Of a DNA stretch of 64,000 nucleotides, positions 7,171 to 17,700 are shown piece after piece. Positions within the stretch are counted from its first letter, which is position 1. Each line of letters begins with the position of its first letter. Position numbers and translations under genes: made by a program. This DNA comes from Dehalococcoidia bacterium (GTDB lineage Bacteria; Chloroflexota; Dehalococcoidia; Lucifugimonadales; Australimonadaceae): positions 24,950 through 88,949 of the forward strand of contig CBDFLP010000019.1 of NCBI GenBank assembly GCA_965249325.1. The letters are read 5' to 3'. The notes below the pieces were generated by a model that was given only the letters and a program-made list of their open reading frames with translations, had not been told where the DNA came from and searched no databases.

Positions 7171-8272
7171 ATGGATGAGCTGCGCCAACGCCTGGCAGAG
7201 CTGGGCGAGCACGTCTCCGACATCATGGCGCGTCTTTGACCTCCCCGACAAGGCAGCAGAGGCCGAGCGGCTGGAGATAGCCGCCGCCGAACCCGATTTC
7301 TGGAACGACTCCGATAACGCGCAAGCAGCGATGAAGCGGCTCGCGCGGCTTCGCGCGACCGTCGACGGCTGGCGCGACTTCGAGGAGCACGTCGCGTCCA
7401 CCGCCGAGATGCTGGATCTGGCAATCGAGTCCCAAGACGCCGGAATGTCCGAAGAGCTGGCAATCGAGGCGGACAAGCTGTTCGAGGAATCGGAACAGCG
7501 CGAGTTCGACCTCGTGCTCGCCGGGGAATACGACGACCGCGGCGCCATCCTCGCTATCCACGCTGGCGCCGGAGGCACGGACTCGCAGGACTGGACCGAG
7601 ATGCTCATGCGCATGTACACCCGTTGGGCAGACCTCAGCGGGTACAAGGCCGAGGTGCTCGACCTCTCCACAGGGGAAGAGGCAGGGGTGAAGAGCGTGA
7701 CCCTGGAGATATCCGGGGCCAACGCTTACGGGTACGCCAAGGCTGAGCGCGGGGTACACCGACTCGTCCGGCTCTCGCCGTACGACGGCGCCCACGCACG
7801 GCACACGTCATTCGCCCTCGTCGAGGTCCTGCCCGAAGCCGAGGGCGACGTCGACCTACGCATCGACCCCGACGACATCGAGATGGAGGTCTTCAAGGCG
7901 AGTGGCGCCGGCGGCCAGCACGTTCAGAAGAACTCAACCGCGGTGCGCATCCGCCATCTTCCCTCGGGGCTCGTCGTCGCCTGCCAGAATGAGCGCTCGC
8001 AGCTACAGAACCGCGAGGTCGCGATGAAGATTCTGCGCGCACGTCTGATGGCAATCGAGGTGCGAAGGCGCGCCGAGGAACGCGCCGCCCTCAAGGGCGA
8101 CCACATCTCGGCGGGCTGGGGCAACCAGGTGAGGAGCTACGTCCTCCACCCATACAAGCTCGTGAAGGACCACCGCACCGGGTTCGAGTCCACCAACCCC
8201 GACTTGGTGCTCGACGGAGAGTTGGACGGCCTCATGCGGGCGTACCTCCTATGGAGCGTCGACGGAGCCTAG
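7171..8272 (+). CDS. prfB: Peptide chain release factor 2, with programmed +1 frameshift: join(7171..7236,7238..8272)
   Basis: Frame 0 reads MDELRQRLAELGEHVSDIMARL, ending CGT CTT TGA C (7231..7240). Frame +1 continues DLPDKAAEAERL... and contains GGQHVQK and RLSPYD..RHTSF. Confidence 0.9.
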
Positions 8273-8275
8273 CGC

Positions 8276-9673
8276 GTGAAGAGTCTCCGCTTCGGCGCGC
8301 TGGCTGTCCTGCTCCTGTTCGCGTCATCCACGCCTGCGAGCGTCTGGGGACAGGAGCCGCTCCTCGTAGTCCGCGACGAACAGACGCTGGACTTCCCGAA
8401 CGCCATCACATTCGAGCTGCGCGCGAGCCCGCCGACCGCCATCGAGAGCGCAGAGGTCCGCTACCGCGTGGACTCGCTGAGCTGCGGGGCGGCGGTCGCG
8501 ACGGGGATAGCCGATCCGCCTCTCCCGTCTGCGGGAGAAGCCGCGGGGGAGGCCGCAGCGGCGGAGAGCGGCTCCAAGGGCTTTGCCGCGTCGTGGGAGT
8601 GGGACCTCCGCGAAAGTGGCGGGCTGCCCGTGGGCGCGTCGGTCACGTATCACTGGCGTCTCTCCGGCGGCGGCCGCGTCTTCGAGACCAAGGAGCGGAC
8701 GTTCGTCTACGAGGACCCACAGCATGACTGGCGTGTGCTCGACGGAGAGCGCGTAACGCTGCGCTGGAGCAACGGGGACGAGGCCTTCGCGCGGGACCTG
8801 CTCGAAACGGCTGACGCCGCCGTGGAGCGCCTCGCCGAAAGCACGGGCGTGACGCCCGACCGCAAGATAGGACTGCGAATCTACGAGGACACGGATGCCC
8901 TCAGAGATGCGTTGGTCTTCCCCGGCGAGTACACCGGCGGGATCGCCTACCCCAGCTACGGCCTGACGGCCATAGGCATTAGCCCCTGGAACGTCGTCTG
9001 GGGCAGGCGCGCTATCGCGCACGAAATGACCCACGTTGTGATCGGCCAAGCCGCCTTCGCCTGCGGGGCCGATATACCTGCGTGGCTCCACGAAGGGCTC
9101 GCGGTCTACAATGAAGGCCCCCTCCAAAGCAGCTTCGAGCGCTCGCTTTCGTCGGCGATAGAGGAGAAGCGCGTCTTTCGCCTGGGAAGCATTGCGGGGG
9201 CATTCCCTGCCGACGAAGAAGGCGTCACGCTCTCGTACGCACAGAGCTGGAGTGTGGCCAACTATCTCATCGAGACCTACGGGGCCGACCGGATGAACGC
9301 CCTCCTAACCGCATTTCAGGCGACCGGCAGTATCGAGCAAGCGCTCACCGAGGCTTACGGTTTCGGGAGGCTGGGCCTGGAGAACCGGTGGCGCGCGAGT
9401 CTTGGCTTGCCGGAGCTGCCGCCCCTGGCCATCCCCGCGCCCCGCATGCCAGAGATACCCCCACTCACGCTGCCCACTCCCAACGCGCCCGCTCCGGCTA
9501 CTCCAACATACACGGCCCCTGCCACGCCGACGCCGTTCGCGGCGGCCACGCCTACTCCGCCTGCAAGCGGCGCAGGCTGCAACAGCTCAGGCGGCGCCGT
9601 GTCCGGCCTCGATGGCGCCCTCGCAGTGCTCCTCATCGGAGGAGCCGCCGCCTCACTCCGGAGAACTGTATGA
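8276..9673 (+). CDS. Secreted/anchored peptidase MA-like zinc metalloprotease
   Basis: Signal peptide MKSLRFGALAVLLLFASS. HEMTH..EGLAVYNEG (HExxH+E), a Pro/Thr-rich linker and a C-terminal TM helix. Confidence 0.65.
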   Translation: MKSLRFGALAVLLLFASSTPASVWGQEPLLVVRDEQTLDFPNAITFELRASPPTAIESAEVRYRVDSLSCGAAVATGIADPPLPSAGEAAGEAAAAESGSKGFAASWEWDLRESGGLPVGASVTYHWRLSGGGRVFETKERTFVYEDPQHDWRVLDGERVTLRWSNGDEAFARDLLETADAAVERLAESTGVTPDRKIGLRIYEDTDALRDALVFPGEYTGGIAYPSYGLTAIGISPWNVVWGRRAIAHEMTHVVIGQAAFACGADIPAWLHEGLAVYNEGPLQSSFERSLSSAIEEKRVFRLGSIAGAFPADEEGVTLSYAQSWSVANYLIETYGADRMNALLTAFQATGSIEQALTEAYGFGRLGLENRWRASLGLPELPPLAIPAPRMPEIPPLTLPTPNAPAPATPTYTAPATPTPFAAATPTPPASGAGCNSSGGAVSGLDGALAVLLIGGAAASLRRTV

Positions 9674-11712
9674 CGCGCCTCGTCCTCCTGACCATCGCGC
9701 TGCTGACGGCGGCTGCCGCATGCTCCGGCGACGCGGACCCGACGCCAAGCCCAACGCCGACTGCGAGCGCCTACCTGACGTACACGAACGAGGTCCACGG
9801 GTTCACGTTCGAGCATCCCTCAGCCTGGACGTCCGCGCCTGCCCCAGCCAACGGCCCCCTGCTCATCCTGAACAGCGGGACGCTCCAGCTATTCGCCTCG
9901 AGCTACTTCTCGCCGAGCGACAGACCCCTCAGCGAGCGGCTGAACGCCGCCATCGAGCTGGTCTCGGCCACGCTGGACAACCCGCGCGTCGAGGGGCGCA
10001 GAAACGTGGCCCTCGGGGACGGCGCCGCCGCGGAGCGCGCGGACATCGTTCATCGCAGGGAAGGCGCAGACGCTGTGGCGCGTCTGCAGATTGCCCAACG
10101 CGGCCCGCGAACCTTCCTCCTGACGCTCACCGCTCCCGCAACCGAGCTGGAGCGCCAAAGCGAGACCGCCGAAAGGGTGCTGTCTAGCTTCCTCAGCTTC
10201 CCGGCCGCGCCGTTCGAGGTCTCGCGAGACCGGTCGCTCACCATGCCGTGGAGCGACCCCCTTACTCTCGATCCCGCCGTCACTCGTGAGTCCGGTTCTC
10301 ACTTCATCGTCAGTAACGTCTTCAGCGGCTTGGTCCGGTTCGACGCCGACCTGCGGGTGCAGCCCGACCTGGCCGAAGCGATACAGGTGGACGGCGCGGG
10401 CACGGCCTACACCTTCACGCTCCGCGCCGACGCCAAGTTCCACGACGGACGCGCAATCACAGCGGACGACGTGAAGTACTCGCTCGAACGCGCGGCAGAC
10501 CCCGAGCTCATGAGCGATACGGCTGTCCTCTACCTGAGCGACATCGTCGGCGTGCGCGACAAGCTCGAAGGGCGAGCGGAGGAGATCTCGGGCGTCGAGG
10601 TCGTGGACTCGCGCACCGTGCGCCTCACGATTGACGCGCCGAAAGCCTTCTTCCTGGCGAAGATGACGTACCCCACCGGCGCAATCGTGGATAGGCGAAC
10701 TGTCGATTCCGGCGGGGTCGAGTGGTGGCGTAGCGACGTGAATGGCTCCGGCCCGTTCAAGCTCCGCGAGTGGACTGAGGGCGAGGTCCTCATCCTCGAA
10801 CGATTCGACGACTATCACGCCCCAAGCTCATTGGGGCTGGCGGTCTTCCCCATACTCCAGGGCGTGCCGATGCAGATGTACGAGTCGGACGCCGTGGACG
10901 TTGCCCTCATCGGCGGGTCGAACGTGGATAGGGCGCTCGACCCGGTCAGCGGGCTCGCCGACCAGCTGGCCGTCTTCCCCCAGCTCAACACCTTCTACCT
11001 TGGGTTCAGGGCGCGGGAAGCGCCGTTCGACGACCCCTTGGTCAGACGCGCCTTCGCGATGGCCGTGGACCGAGAAGCTCTGCTCGAAACGGTGTATGGC
11101 GGGCGGAGGAGCCTCGCCGCCGGGCTGCTTCCTCCGGGCATGCCGGGCTACTCGGCCGACCTGACAGGCATTCCCTACGATCCCGAGGGCGCCCGGGCAT
11201 TGCTGGCGCAGTCGCAGTACGCGGCGGATTTCCCCCCAGTCCTCTACACGACGGCTGGTTCGGGGGAGGTCCCGGCGGACGCGCAGTTCATCGTGGGCGC
11301 TTGGGAAGCCAACCTGGGCGTCGACGTGGAAATCGAGCTCGTCCCACCCGATGCGTACTTCTACCGGCTGGACGAGCTGGCGGGGAACATCTTCGACTAC
11401 GGTTGGGCGGCTGACTACCCTGACCCCGAGAACTTCCTGGACCTGCTGCTGCACAGCGAGAACCGAAGCAACAACATCGGAGGCTATAGCAATCCCGAGT
11501 ACGACCGCCTGCTCGAGCGCGCTCGGGAGCCGGACTGCGAGACGCGCATGGCTCTCTACGCCGAGGCCGAGGAGCTGCTCATAGCGGACGCGGGAATCAT
11601 CCCGCTGTTCCACTCGCCGGACTACGTTCTGATAAAGCCGCACATCCAAGGCTTCATCATCGAGCCCTTCGGCGCCCCTTCCCTCGGAGACGTTATCGTC
11701 CTGCCCAAGTAA
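9670..11712 (+). CDS. ABC transporter substrate-binding lipoprotein (peptide/nickel family 5) with an extra N-terminal domain
   Basis: ATG 9670 overlaps the upstream stop (ATGA). Lipobox LLTAAAAC-S, then ~170 aa of an unrelated domain, then a family-5 SBP body (FTLRADAKFHDGRAITADDVKYS). Confidence 0.75.
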   Translation: MTRLVLLTIALLTAAAACSGDADPTPSPTPTASAYLTYTNEVHGFTFEHPSAWTSAPAPANGPLLILNSGTLQLFASSYFSPSDRPLSERLNAAIELVSATLDNPRVEGRRNVALGDGAAAERADIVHRREGADAVARLQIAQRGPRTFLLTLTAPATELERQSETAERVLSSFLSFPAAPFEVSRDRSLTMPWSDPLTLDPAVTRESGSHFIVSNVFSGLVRFDADLRVQPDLAEAIQVDGAGTAYTFTLRADAKFHDGRAITADDVKYSLERAADPELMSDTAVLYLSDIVGVRDKLEGRAEEISGVEVVDSRTVRLTIDAPKAFFLAKMTYPTGAIVDRRTVDSGGVEWWRSDVNGSGPFKLREWTEGEVLILERFDDYHAPSSLGLAVFPILQGVPMQMYESDAVDVALIGGSNVDRALDPVSGLADQLAVFPQLNTFYLGFRAREAPFDDPLVRRAFAMAVDREALLETVYGGRRSLAAGLLPPGMPGYSADLTGIPYDPEGARALLAQSQYAADFPPVLYTTAGSGEVPADAQFIVGAWEANLGVDVEIELVPPDAYFYRLDELAGNIFDYGWAADYPDPENFLDLLLHSENRSNNIGGYSNPEYDRLLERAREPDCETRMALYAEAEELLIADAGIIPLFHSPDYVLIKPHIQGFIIEPFGAPSLGDVIVLPK

Positions 11713-11738
11713 GGACTCTCGCAGGGCGATACGTGTGT

Positions 11739-12848
11739 CTAGGGCGAGCGCATGCGTGACGCGCCGACGCCGACGATTGCGGCGGCTGCGACAACCAGCA
11801 CGGCCAACCCCGCGCTCACTCCGCCGTCGTCTGCCCGCGGCTTCTGCGGAGGGGCGGCCGTTGGCGTGGGCGGCTCCGGCGACGAAACGTTGGTCGGCGT
11901 TGGCGTCGGCGGTGGCGATGGCGTGGGCGCAGGCTGGTCCAAGCCGAGGTCCAACCGCGTGGCTTCCAAGTCGGGCAGCCCTTCCGAAACGCACGGCATA
12001 CCTGCGCCTTGGGGCGCTTCCGTAGCACAGTCTTCGGCGGCGGAATCGACTGCCTCCGAGGGCGCCGGGGAAGGTGCCGTTTGGTCTTCGTCGCCGGAGG
12101 TCACAGAGACGTACTCTTCAGGGACGACGAGCTCCACAGTCTGAGAAGCGTCGCCTCCAGGCGCAGGGCCGACGACGATAAGCTCGAACGTTCCTTGGAC
12201 CGACGCTCCATTGGGGTCGGACACCGTCACCGCAATAGTCGTTTCACCGACCTGTAGGGGCGTCATTGCCAAGGAGCTTCCGTCGACTACCGTGGCGACG
12301 ATGGCAGTGGACGGTTCCGCCACGTAAATGAGACCGTCGTCGTCGGGGTCTGAGAAGAATTCCGACAGCTCCAGGCCTAGCGCGTCCCCGCCAACCTCCG
12401 CCCTTTGAGAAGGGATGCGCCCTACGGCGACCGGCGCATCGTTGACTGGGCCCACGAACACTTTGACGCTGCCCATCGCGCTGGCGGCGCCGTCGGAGAC
12501 GACGTAGGTGAAGGAGTCCTCGCCGTAGAAGTTTGTATTGGGAGTGTCGGTTATGACGCCGTCATCGCCGCCCGCGCCTACGATGATGCCGCCATTGTGG
12601 GGCTGCGAAGCCGACGCGATGCTCAAGCTGGCCCCGGCATCTTCATCGCTATCGTTTTCCAGCACGGGGACCGCGATCGCGGTGTCCTCATCGGTTGTTG
12701 CCGCGTCTTCTACCGCCACCGGGGGCTCGTTCACGTCAGCAATGCCAATCGCAACGGCGATGCTGGCCGTGCCGCCGTTGCCGTCGTCGGCGACCACGGT
12801 CACCAAGTAGCTGGCCTTGGTCTCGTGGTCGATTGGCTCCCTCGTCAC
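11739..12848 (-). pseudogene. Cadherin-like/Ig-like repeat surface protein, 5'-truncated
   Basis: Contains VNEPPVAVEDAATTDEDTAI..ENDSDED and VNDAPVAV repeats, a PT-rich linker and a C-terminal TM anchor. No signal peptide. The ORF opens inside a repeat, with an in-frame TGA at 12873..12875. Confidence 0.55.
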
Positions 12849-12882
12849 GAGCCTCGCGGGGAACGTCGACCCTCAGCAGGTC

Positions 12883-13371
12883 ATGGCGCTGCTTGGAGGC
12901 GCCCCCGACCTCGTCTCACCCGAGGAGACCACGGCGCTGATTCAATGCCTGGAAGACGAGACGTTGCTGAGGCTGTTCCTGACCGGCCTGATCGGCCAGA
13001 CCGGGCCGCTGAGCGCGGAATCATCCGTGTGCGTTCGCAGTGGATTTGCGCACTTCGACCTTCGCTCCGTGATGCTCGCCACGCCTGTGGAGTCCGATGC
13101 GGCGGCCATGGCGGGCAGCATGGCGGGCTTCCTTCTGACGCTTTCCTGCCTGAACGACGAGGAATGGCAGGCTGTCGGCCCTTCCTTGGGCATGGGGGCT
13201 GACGACCGGGACGGCCTGCAGTGTGTGCTGGCTGAACTGGGCGGCCCGGAAGGACTGGCGGCGGCGTTGCAGCCCGGCGCGGGCCCTCCCACGGCCTTCT
13301 CCAAAGCGTCGGCGACGTGCAATCCACAGATGACGCAAGGGGAGTCAGGAGCTCGGTTGTCGCCCCCGTAG
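12883..13371 (+). CDS. Hypothetical protein (possible gene fragment)
   Basis: High third-position GC and protein-like sequence (EETTALIQCLEDETLLRLF..). No signal peptide and no recognisable ribosome site. Abuts the truncated cadherin-like gene head to head. Confidence 0.35.
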   Translation: MALLGGAPDLVSPEETTALIQCLEDETLLRLFLTGLIGQTGPLSAESSVCVRSGFAHFDLRSVMLATPVESDAAAMAGSMAGFLLTLSCLNDEEWQAVGPSLGMGADDRDGLQCVLAELGGPEGLAAALQPGAGPPTAFSKASATCNPQMTQGESGARLSPP

Positions 13372-13419
13372 CCTAGGCGTATGCTCGCGCATGAATCGGA
13401 CCCGCGTGGGAGGGACCAC

Positions 13420-14544
13420 ATGAGCACTGCCGCTGGGGGCTCCTCGCCCCAAGAGCTTCGCATCTCGGCCGACGCGCACATGGGTGAGCCGCCGGACCTC
13501 TGGGAGAGAGAGTTGCCGGCGAAGTTCAAGGACCGCGCCTTGCAGTTCGACGAAATACCCTTCGAAACGAACCACCACCTGCGCGCCGGGTGCTGGGATC
13601 CCCACGAACGGCTGAAAGACCTGGCCATGGACGGGATCAGTGCCGAGGTGCTTTACCCGACGCTCGCCGTCCGCGCCTGGCTCATAGATGACCACGAGCT
13701 CGAGGAGGCGCACCTCCGCGTCTACAACGATTGGATGATCGATTTCTGCAGCGTCGCTCCTCATCGGTACTGGGGACTCGGCATGGTCTCCTTGTGGAAC
13801 GTGGAACATGCCATCGACGAGATGCGGCGGTTCATCAAGGCCGGTCTCCGGGGCGTCGACATCTGGATTGCTCCGCCCGAGAGTCTGCCCTACAGCTCCG
13901 AACGCTACGAACCCTTTTGGGCCGCCGCCCAGGAGCTCGGCGCGACGGTCAACATGCACATCAACGGCAGGGCCGAAACTCGGGAACGCGACCCGGCCGC
14001 AATCCCCGTCCATTCAATCAACGGCCATAAGTTCGACGCGATGAACTCCCTCCTCCACATCATCGGCTCCGGGGTGCTCGAGCGTTATCCGCGCCTGAAC
14101 GTCGCCGTCGCAGAGGCTGGTGCCGGCTGGGCGCCGTTCTGGCTCCAAGAAGCGGACCATTACACGATGAGCCGCCGCACCATTCTGCCGATGCCCCCGA
14201 GCGAGTATTTCAAGCGGCAGGTGTTCTGCGCCTTCATCAGCGACGCCGTCGGGGCCTATCTCCTGCACGATTTCGGACAGGACAACTTCATGTGGTCCAA
14301 CGACTACCCCCATCCCGCCTGCACTTGGCCCGACTCTCATATCCTGATACCGGACGAGCTCGGGCATCTCCCCAGCGACGTTCTGGAGAAGGTCGTCTGG
14401 CGAACGGCGGCCAAGGTGTACAACAACGGCGAGCCCCCAGCCCCGCCGGACCCGCCCGGCGACCGCGCGGAAATCGATCGCTGGCTCGAACACCACCAGG
14501 ATTTCGGGGCCAGCGCTCGCCCGAAGCACAGCCTCGCCCGCTGA
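13420..14544 (+). CDS. Amidohydrolase-2 family protein (ACMSD-like decarboxylase/hydrolase)
   Basis: ATG 13420 follows GGGAGGG. Contains ISADAHMGEPPDLW, DGISAEVLYPT and WSNDYPHP motifs. Confidence 0.7.
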   Translation: MSTAAGGSSPQELRISADAHMGEPPDLWERELPAKFKDRALQFDEIPFETNHHLRAGCWDPHERLKDLAMDGISAEVLYPTLAVRAWLIDDHELEEAHLRVYNDWMIDFCSVAPHRYWGLGMVSLWNVEHAIDEMRRFIKAGLRGVDIWIAPPESLPYSSERYEPFWAAAQELGATVNMHINGRAETRERDPAAIPVHSINGHKFDAMNSLLHIIGSGVLERYPRLNVAVAEAGAGWAPFWLQEADHYTMSRRTILPMPPSEYFKRQVFCAFISDAVGAYLLHDFGQDNFMWSNDYPHPACTWPDSHILIPDELGHLPSDVLEKVVWRTAAKVYNNGEPPAPPDPPGDRAEIDRWLEHHQDFGASARPKHSLAR

Positions 14545-14656
14545 CCCGGCCCCTCTCCGTCGACGGAGGGAGCTTACGGGAACTAGCTTCCTTAGACGGG
14601 ACAGGGACGGTGAAGATGTTGAGCAAACCGCAAACGTGGAGTAATCTGCCGCTAAT

Positions 14657-15388
14657 ATGGCAGGAAGGAGCACCGAGATGACCACAAAGCAATGGGGCCG
14701 CGACAAGCTCGCCCCCGACGAACTGATGGACAGTCTCGAAGAGATCCGCGCGGAGTGGAAACAGGGCCACCCGGAGCGGCCAAAGGTGGCCACCGTCGAG
14801 GCGATTGCCGAGCGCAAGCGCCGAGCGCACCAAGGCGGCGACGGCAACCACCGGTTCGAAGGTGAGCGCTACATAAACACCACCAACAAGGACGTGCGCC
14901 GCTTCCAGCTCCGCAAGCTCGTCGACGAGGGCGGCCAGGATAGTGTTGGCGGGCCCGTGCCGAGCCACCCCACCCTGAGCCGCTGGCACTCCGAGGAGTT
15001 CGGGGTTCCCAAGGAAGAGATCGACTCCCTCGAAAAGACCGACTGGACCCCCGAGGAGCTCGTATCCAACGGCTGGTACTACTGGATGCACCGCACCGAG
15101 CCCTGGCCGGTCCTCTTGGGCAGCGCCCTCGTAGGAGAGGGCGAGAAGCGGCTGCCCGAGGTCCGCGAGCGGATGGTCCAAGAGCTGGAGGAGACGAAGC
15201 AGCTCTACCAGCAGCTCGGGATCAAGGACATCGAGCGCGCGATGCTCAACCAAAGGGAGCATTCGCCGATCGGAGCCGACGCCGACCACGTCGTCTTTGG
15301 CGAGGACGTCACGAAGGCTTTCGTGAACACGCCCGAGCTGCAAGAACGGCTGCGGCAGGTGTTCATCTTCAGGCTGCAACGACGTTAG
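14657..15388 (+). CDS. Hypothetical protein
   Basis: 243-aa ORF with AAGGAG ribosome site and coding-like composition. No family recognised. Confidence 0.5.
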   Translation: MAGRSTEMTTKQWGRDKLAPDELMDSLEEIRAEWKQGHPERPKVATVEAIAERKRRAHQGGDGNHRFEGERYINTTNKDVRRFQLRKLVDEGGQDSVGGPVPSHPTLSRWHSEEFGVPKEEIDSLEKTDWTPEELVSNGWYYWMHRTEPWPVLLGSALVGEGEKRLPEVRERMVQELEETKQLYQQLGIKDIERAMLNQREHSPIGADADHVVFGEDVTKAFVNTPELQERLRQVFIFRLQRR

Positions 15389-15502
15389 CGGGACATCGTC
15401 CCGCTTGGCGGAATTCTCGCTGCCGCCGCTCCGCGTCATCAGCATGCGCTCACGCGTCATGTCGACTCGCGTCGGCGGCAGCCATAACATGAGGGTATCG
15501 CG

Positions 15503-16318
15503 ATGCTGAACCATCCTCCCTATAACGCCGAGGACTTGAAGGACCCGCCGCTGCCGGGGCCCGAGTTCATCCAGCTCCTGCACCAGCAGAGGGCGGAGCG
15601 CTACCCCGACCCTCCGCCGTTCTACCAGCTCCTCTACTCCGGGGAATTGACCAAGGACGACCTGCGGCTGTGGGCGAAGAACCATTACTACTACCTGGAC
15701 CATGGCCTCCAGTTCACCACCGCCGCCCTGTACGTCAAGAACAACGACGAGCCGTCTCGCACACATGAGCTCACAAAGCTCATCAAGATCGAAGGCAGAG
15801 ACATCGTGAACGACCTCGTCGGCTGGACCACCCCCGCCTACGAGGAGATGTGGATGCGGTTCTGTGAGGGGCTCGGCCTCGAACGGGACGAGGTGACATC
15901 GTGGCGGAACTTCAGCCGCTCGTACTTCGCGGTATCCACGCTCTCGCTCTGTACGCGGTGGTGGGAGTGGAGCTGGCTCGACGGCATCGCCGGCCTATTC
16001 GCGGGCGACCTCCTCGCTAGAGACATCATGGGCAAGGCCGCCGAAGCCCTAGAGACGCACTACGGGATTGCGGCAGAACACCTGGAGTTCTTCGGACACT
16101 TCACTGCGGACGCCGAGGAGGACCTCGGGTGGGAAGAGTCAACGCTCGCCGAGTGGGCCTGCACCACGGAGCGGCAGCTTACGGCCGCTAGGGCGTTCCG
16201 CTACCGTCTGGACATCGACTACCAGTACGTCCAGCCGGTCCACGTCGCCATCACGACGGGGGAACTCCCCGTGCAAGTGCCGGTGTCACTCTACGACGAG
16301 ACAGCGTCCGCCCCGTAG
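15503..16318 (+). CDS. PqqC/TenA-like heme-oxygenase-fold (iron-containing redox enzyme family) protein
   Basis: 271 aa. HPFYQ-like PPFYQLLYSGELTKDDLRLWAKNHYYY pattern typical of PqqC-like proteins, judged by eye. Confidence 0.45.
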   Translation: MLNHPPYNAEDLKDPPLPGPEFIQLLHQQRAERYPDPPPFYQLLYSGELTKDDLRLWAKNHYYYLDHGLQFTTAALYVKNNDEPSRTHELTKLIKIEGRDIVNDLVGWTTPAYEEMWMRFCEGLGLERDEVTSWRNFSRSYFAVSTLSLCTRWWEWSWLDGIAGLFAGDLLARDIMGKAAEALETHYGIAAEHLEFFGHFTADAEEDLGWEESTLAEWACTTERQLTAARAFRYRLDIDYQYVQPVHVAITTGELPVQVPVSLYDETASAP

Positions 16319-16605
16319 CTTCTCACTTTCGGGGCCGCCTTCTCTCTATTGCTTCGAAGTTCGCTTCACTGTCTATTGTGGAGCGTTAGAGAGGGGCCGC
16401 CTCGCCCGCCTACTTTCGTCGGTCGCGGCGCCAGCCGAGGGCTCCAGGGGAGTGATTCCCATGTTGGCAAGCATCATGCGCACTCGACGACTGTCACGTC
16501 TCCGGCGCGTTGACTGCCTCCGTATGTGTCCGTGGCGCCCGGCGGCATGCTATGTCCACCACACGAACACGGAAACGCCGAACACGAACGACAGAGAGGC
16601 GGCTC

Positions 16606-17700
16606 ATGGGCTGGACCATCCATCACCCGAAGGGATTGCTCTACAAGGACTCTGCGCAAGCGTTCGAGGGCTATACGCTCATCGCGATGTCGGGCGGGAA
16701 GGAAGCATTCCTCATCGACATGGACGGCCGCGTCTGTCACCGCTGGCGACGCGACGAAGGGCTGGGGTACGGGTTCCTTCTGGAGAACGGACACTTGCTT
16801 GCCCGCACCCGCGCAAGCGGCGGAACTATCCCCAATGAGCACGAGCAGACCGGCATCCTCGAATTGGACTGGGACAGCAACATTGTCTGGGCCTACTGGG
16901 ACCGCTTCGTCCACCACGATTTCAAACGGCTTCCCGACGGTCACACGCTCGTGGTCTGCTACGAGCTCATGCCACCGGAGATCGCGCGCCGAGTCCGGGG
17001 AGGCCGCGGAAGCATTGATGAGCCCATGTACGGCGACATCGTGCGGGAGCTGGACTCCGCCGGAGAGACGGTCCAGGAGTGGAGCATGTGGGCCGCCCTC
17101 GATCCCGAGACCGACGCTATCTGCCCGCTCGAGGGACGCGAGCAGTGGCTGCACCAGAACGCCCTGAGCCTGACCTCGGACGGCGACCTGCTCGTAAGCT
17201 TCCGGCAGATCGACACCATCGGCATCGTCGACCGCTCAACCGGACAGTTCACATGGAAGTGGGGGCCGGGCGTGATATCGCATCAGCATCACCCGACCTA
17301 TCAACCCAACGGGGGAGTCCTGCTCTTCGACAACGGGCCCCATCGCGGCGGCGGCACCTACTCCCGAGTCATCGAGGTGGACCCTACAAGCGGGCAAATT
17401 GCTTGGGAGTACACGGGAGACCCGCCAATCTCGTTCTACAGCTATCACATCAGCGGAGCGGAGCGGCAGCCGAACGGCAATACGCTGGTGTGCGAGGGGG
17501 CTCCGGGGCGCATCTTCGAAGTGACGCCGCAAGGCGAGATTGTCTGGGAATTCGTCAACCCGCACCGCATCCCGCCAGGCGTCGCGGCAGGCTCAGGCGG
17601 ACCGAGCTCCGTCTTTCGCGCCCACCGTTACGCCGTCGACCACCCCGCCCTCGCCGGCAGGGACCTGACTCCTCACGATGGACAGTCCGGCGCGTCCTAG
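16606..17700 (+). CDS. Arylsulfotransferase (ASST)-family beta-propeller protein
   Basis: Start taken at MGWTIHH (16606). Contains HHDFKRLPDGHTLV, HQNALSLTSDGDLLVSFRQIDTIGIVDRSTGQFTWKWG and GNTLVCEG. Confidence 0.55.
   Translation: MGWTIHHPKGLLYKDSAQAFEGYTLIAMSGGKEAFLIDMDGRVCHRWRRDEGLGYGFLLENGHLLARTRASGGTIPNEHEQTGILELDWDSNIVWAYWDRFVHHDFKRLPDGHTLVVCYELMPPEIARRVRGGRGSIDEPMYGDIVRELDSAGETVQEWSMWAALDPETDAICPLEGREQWLHQNALSLTSDGDLLVSFRQIDTIGIVDRSTGQFTWKWGPGVISHQHHPTYQPNGGVLLFDNGPHRGGGTYSRVIEVDPTSGQIAWEYTGDPPISFYSYHISGAERQPNGNTLVCEGAPGRIFEVTPQGEIVWEFVNPHRIPPGVAAGSGGPSSVFRAHRYAVDHPALAGRDLTPHDGQSGAS

Noticed and set aside
9388-9669. N-terminal 94-codon extension of the substrate-binding protein ORF
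   Set aside because: It overlaps the end of the peptidase gene in another frame. The lipoprotein signal peptide starts at ATG 9670, with an ATGA overlap.
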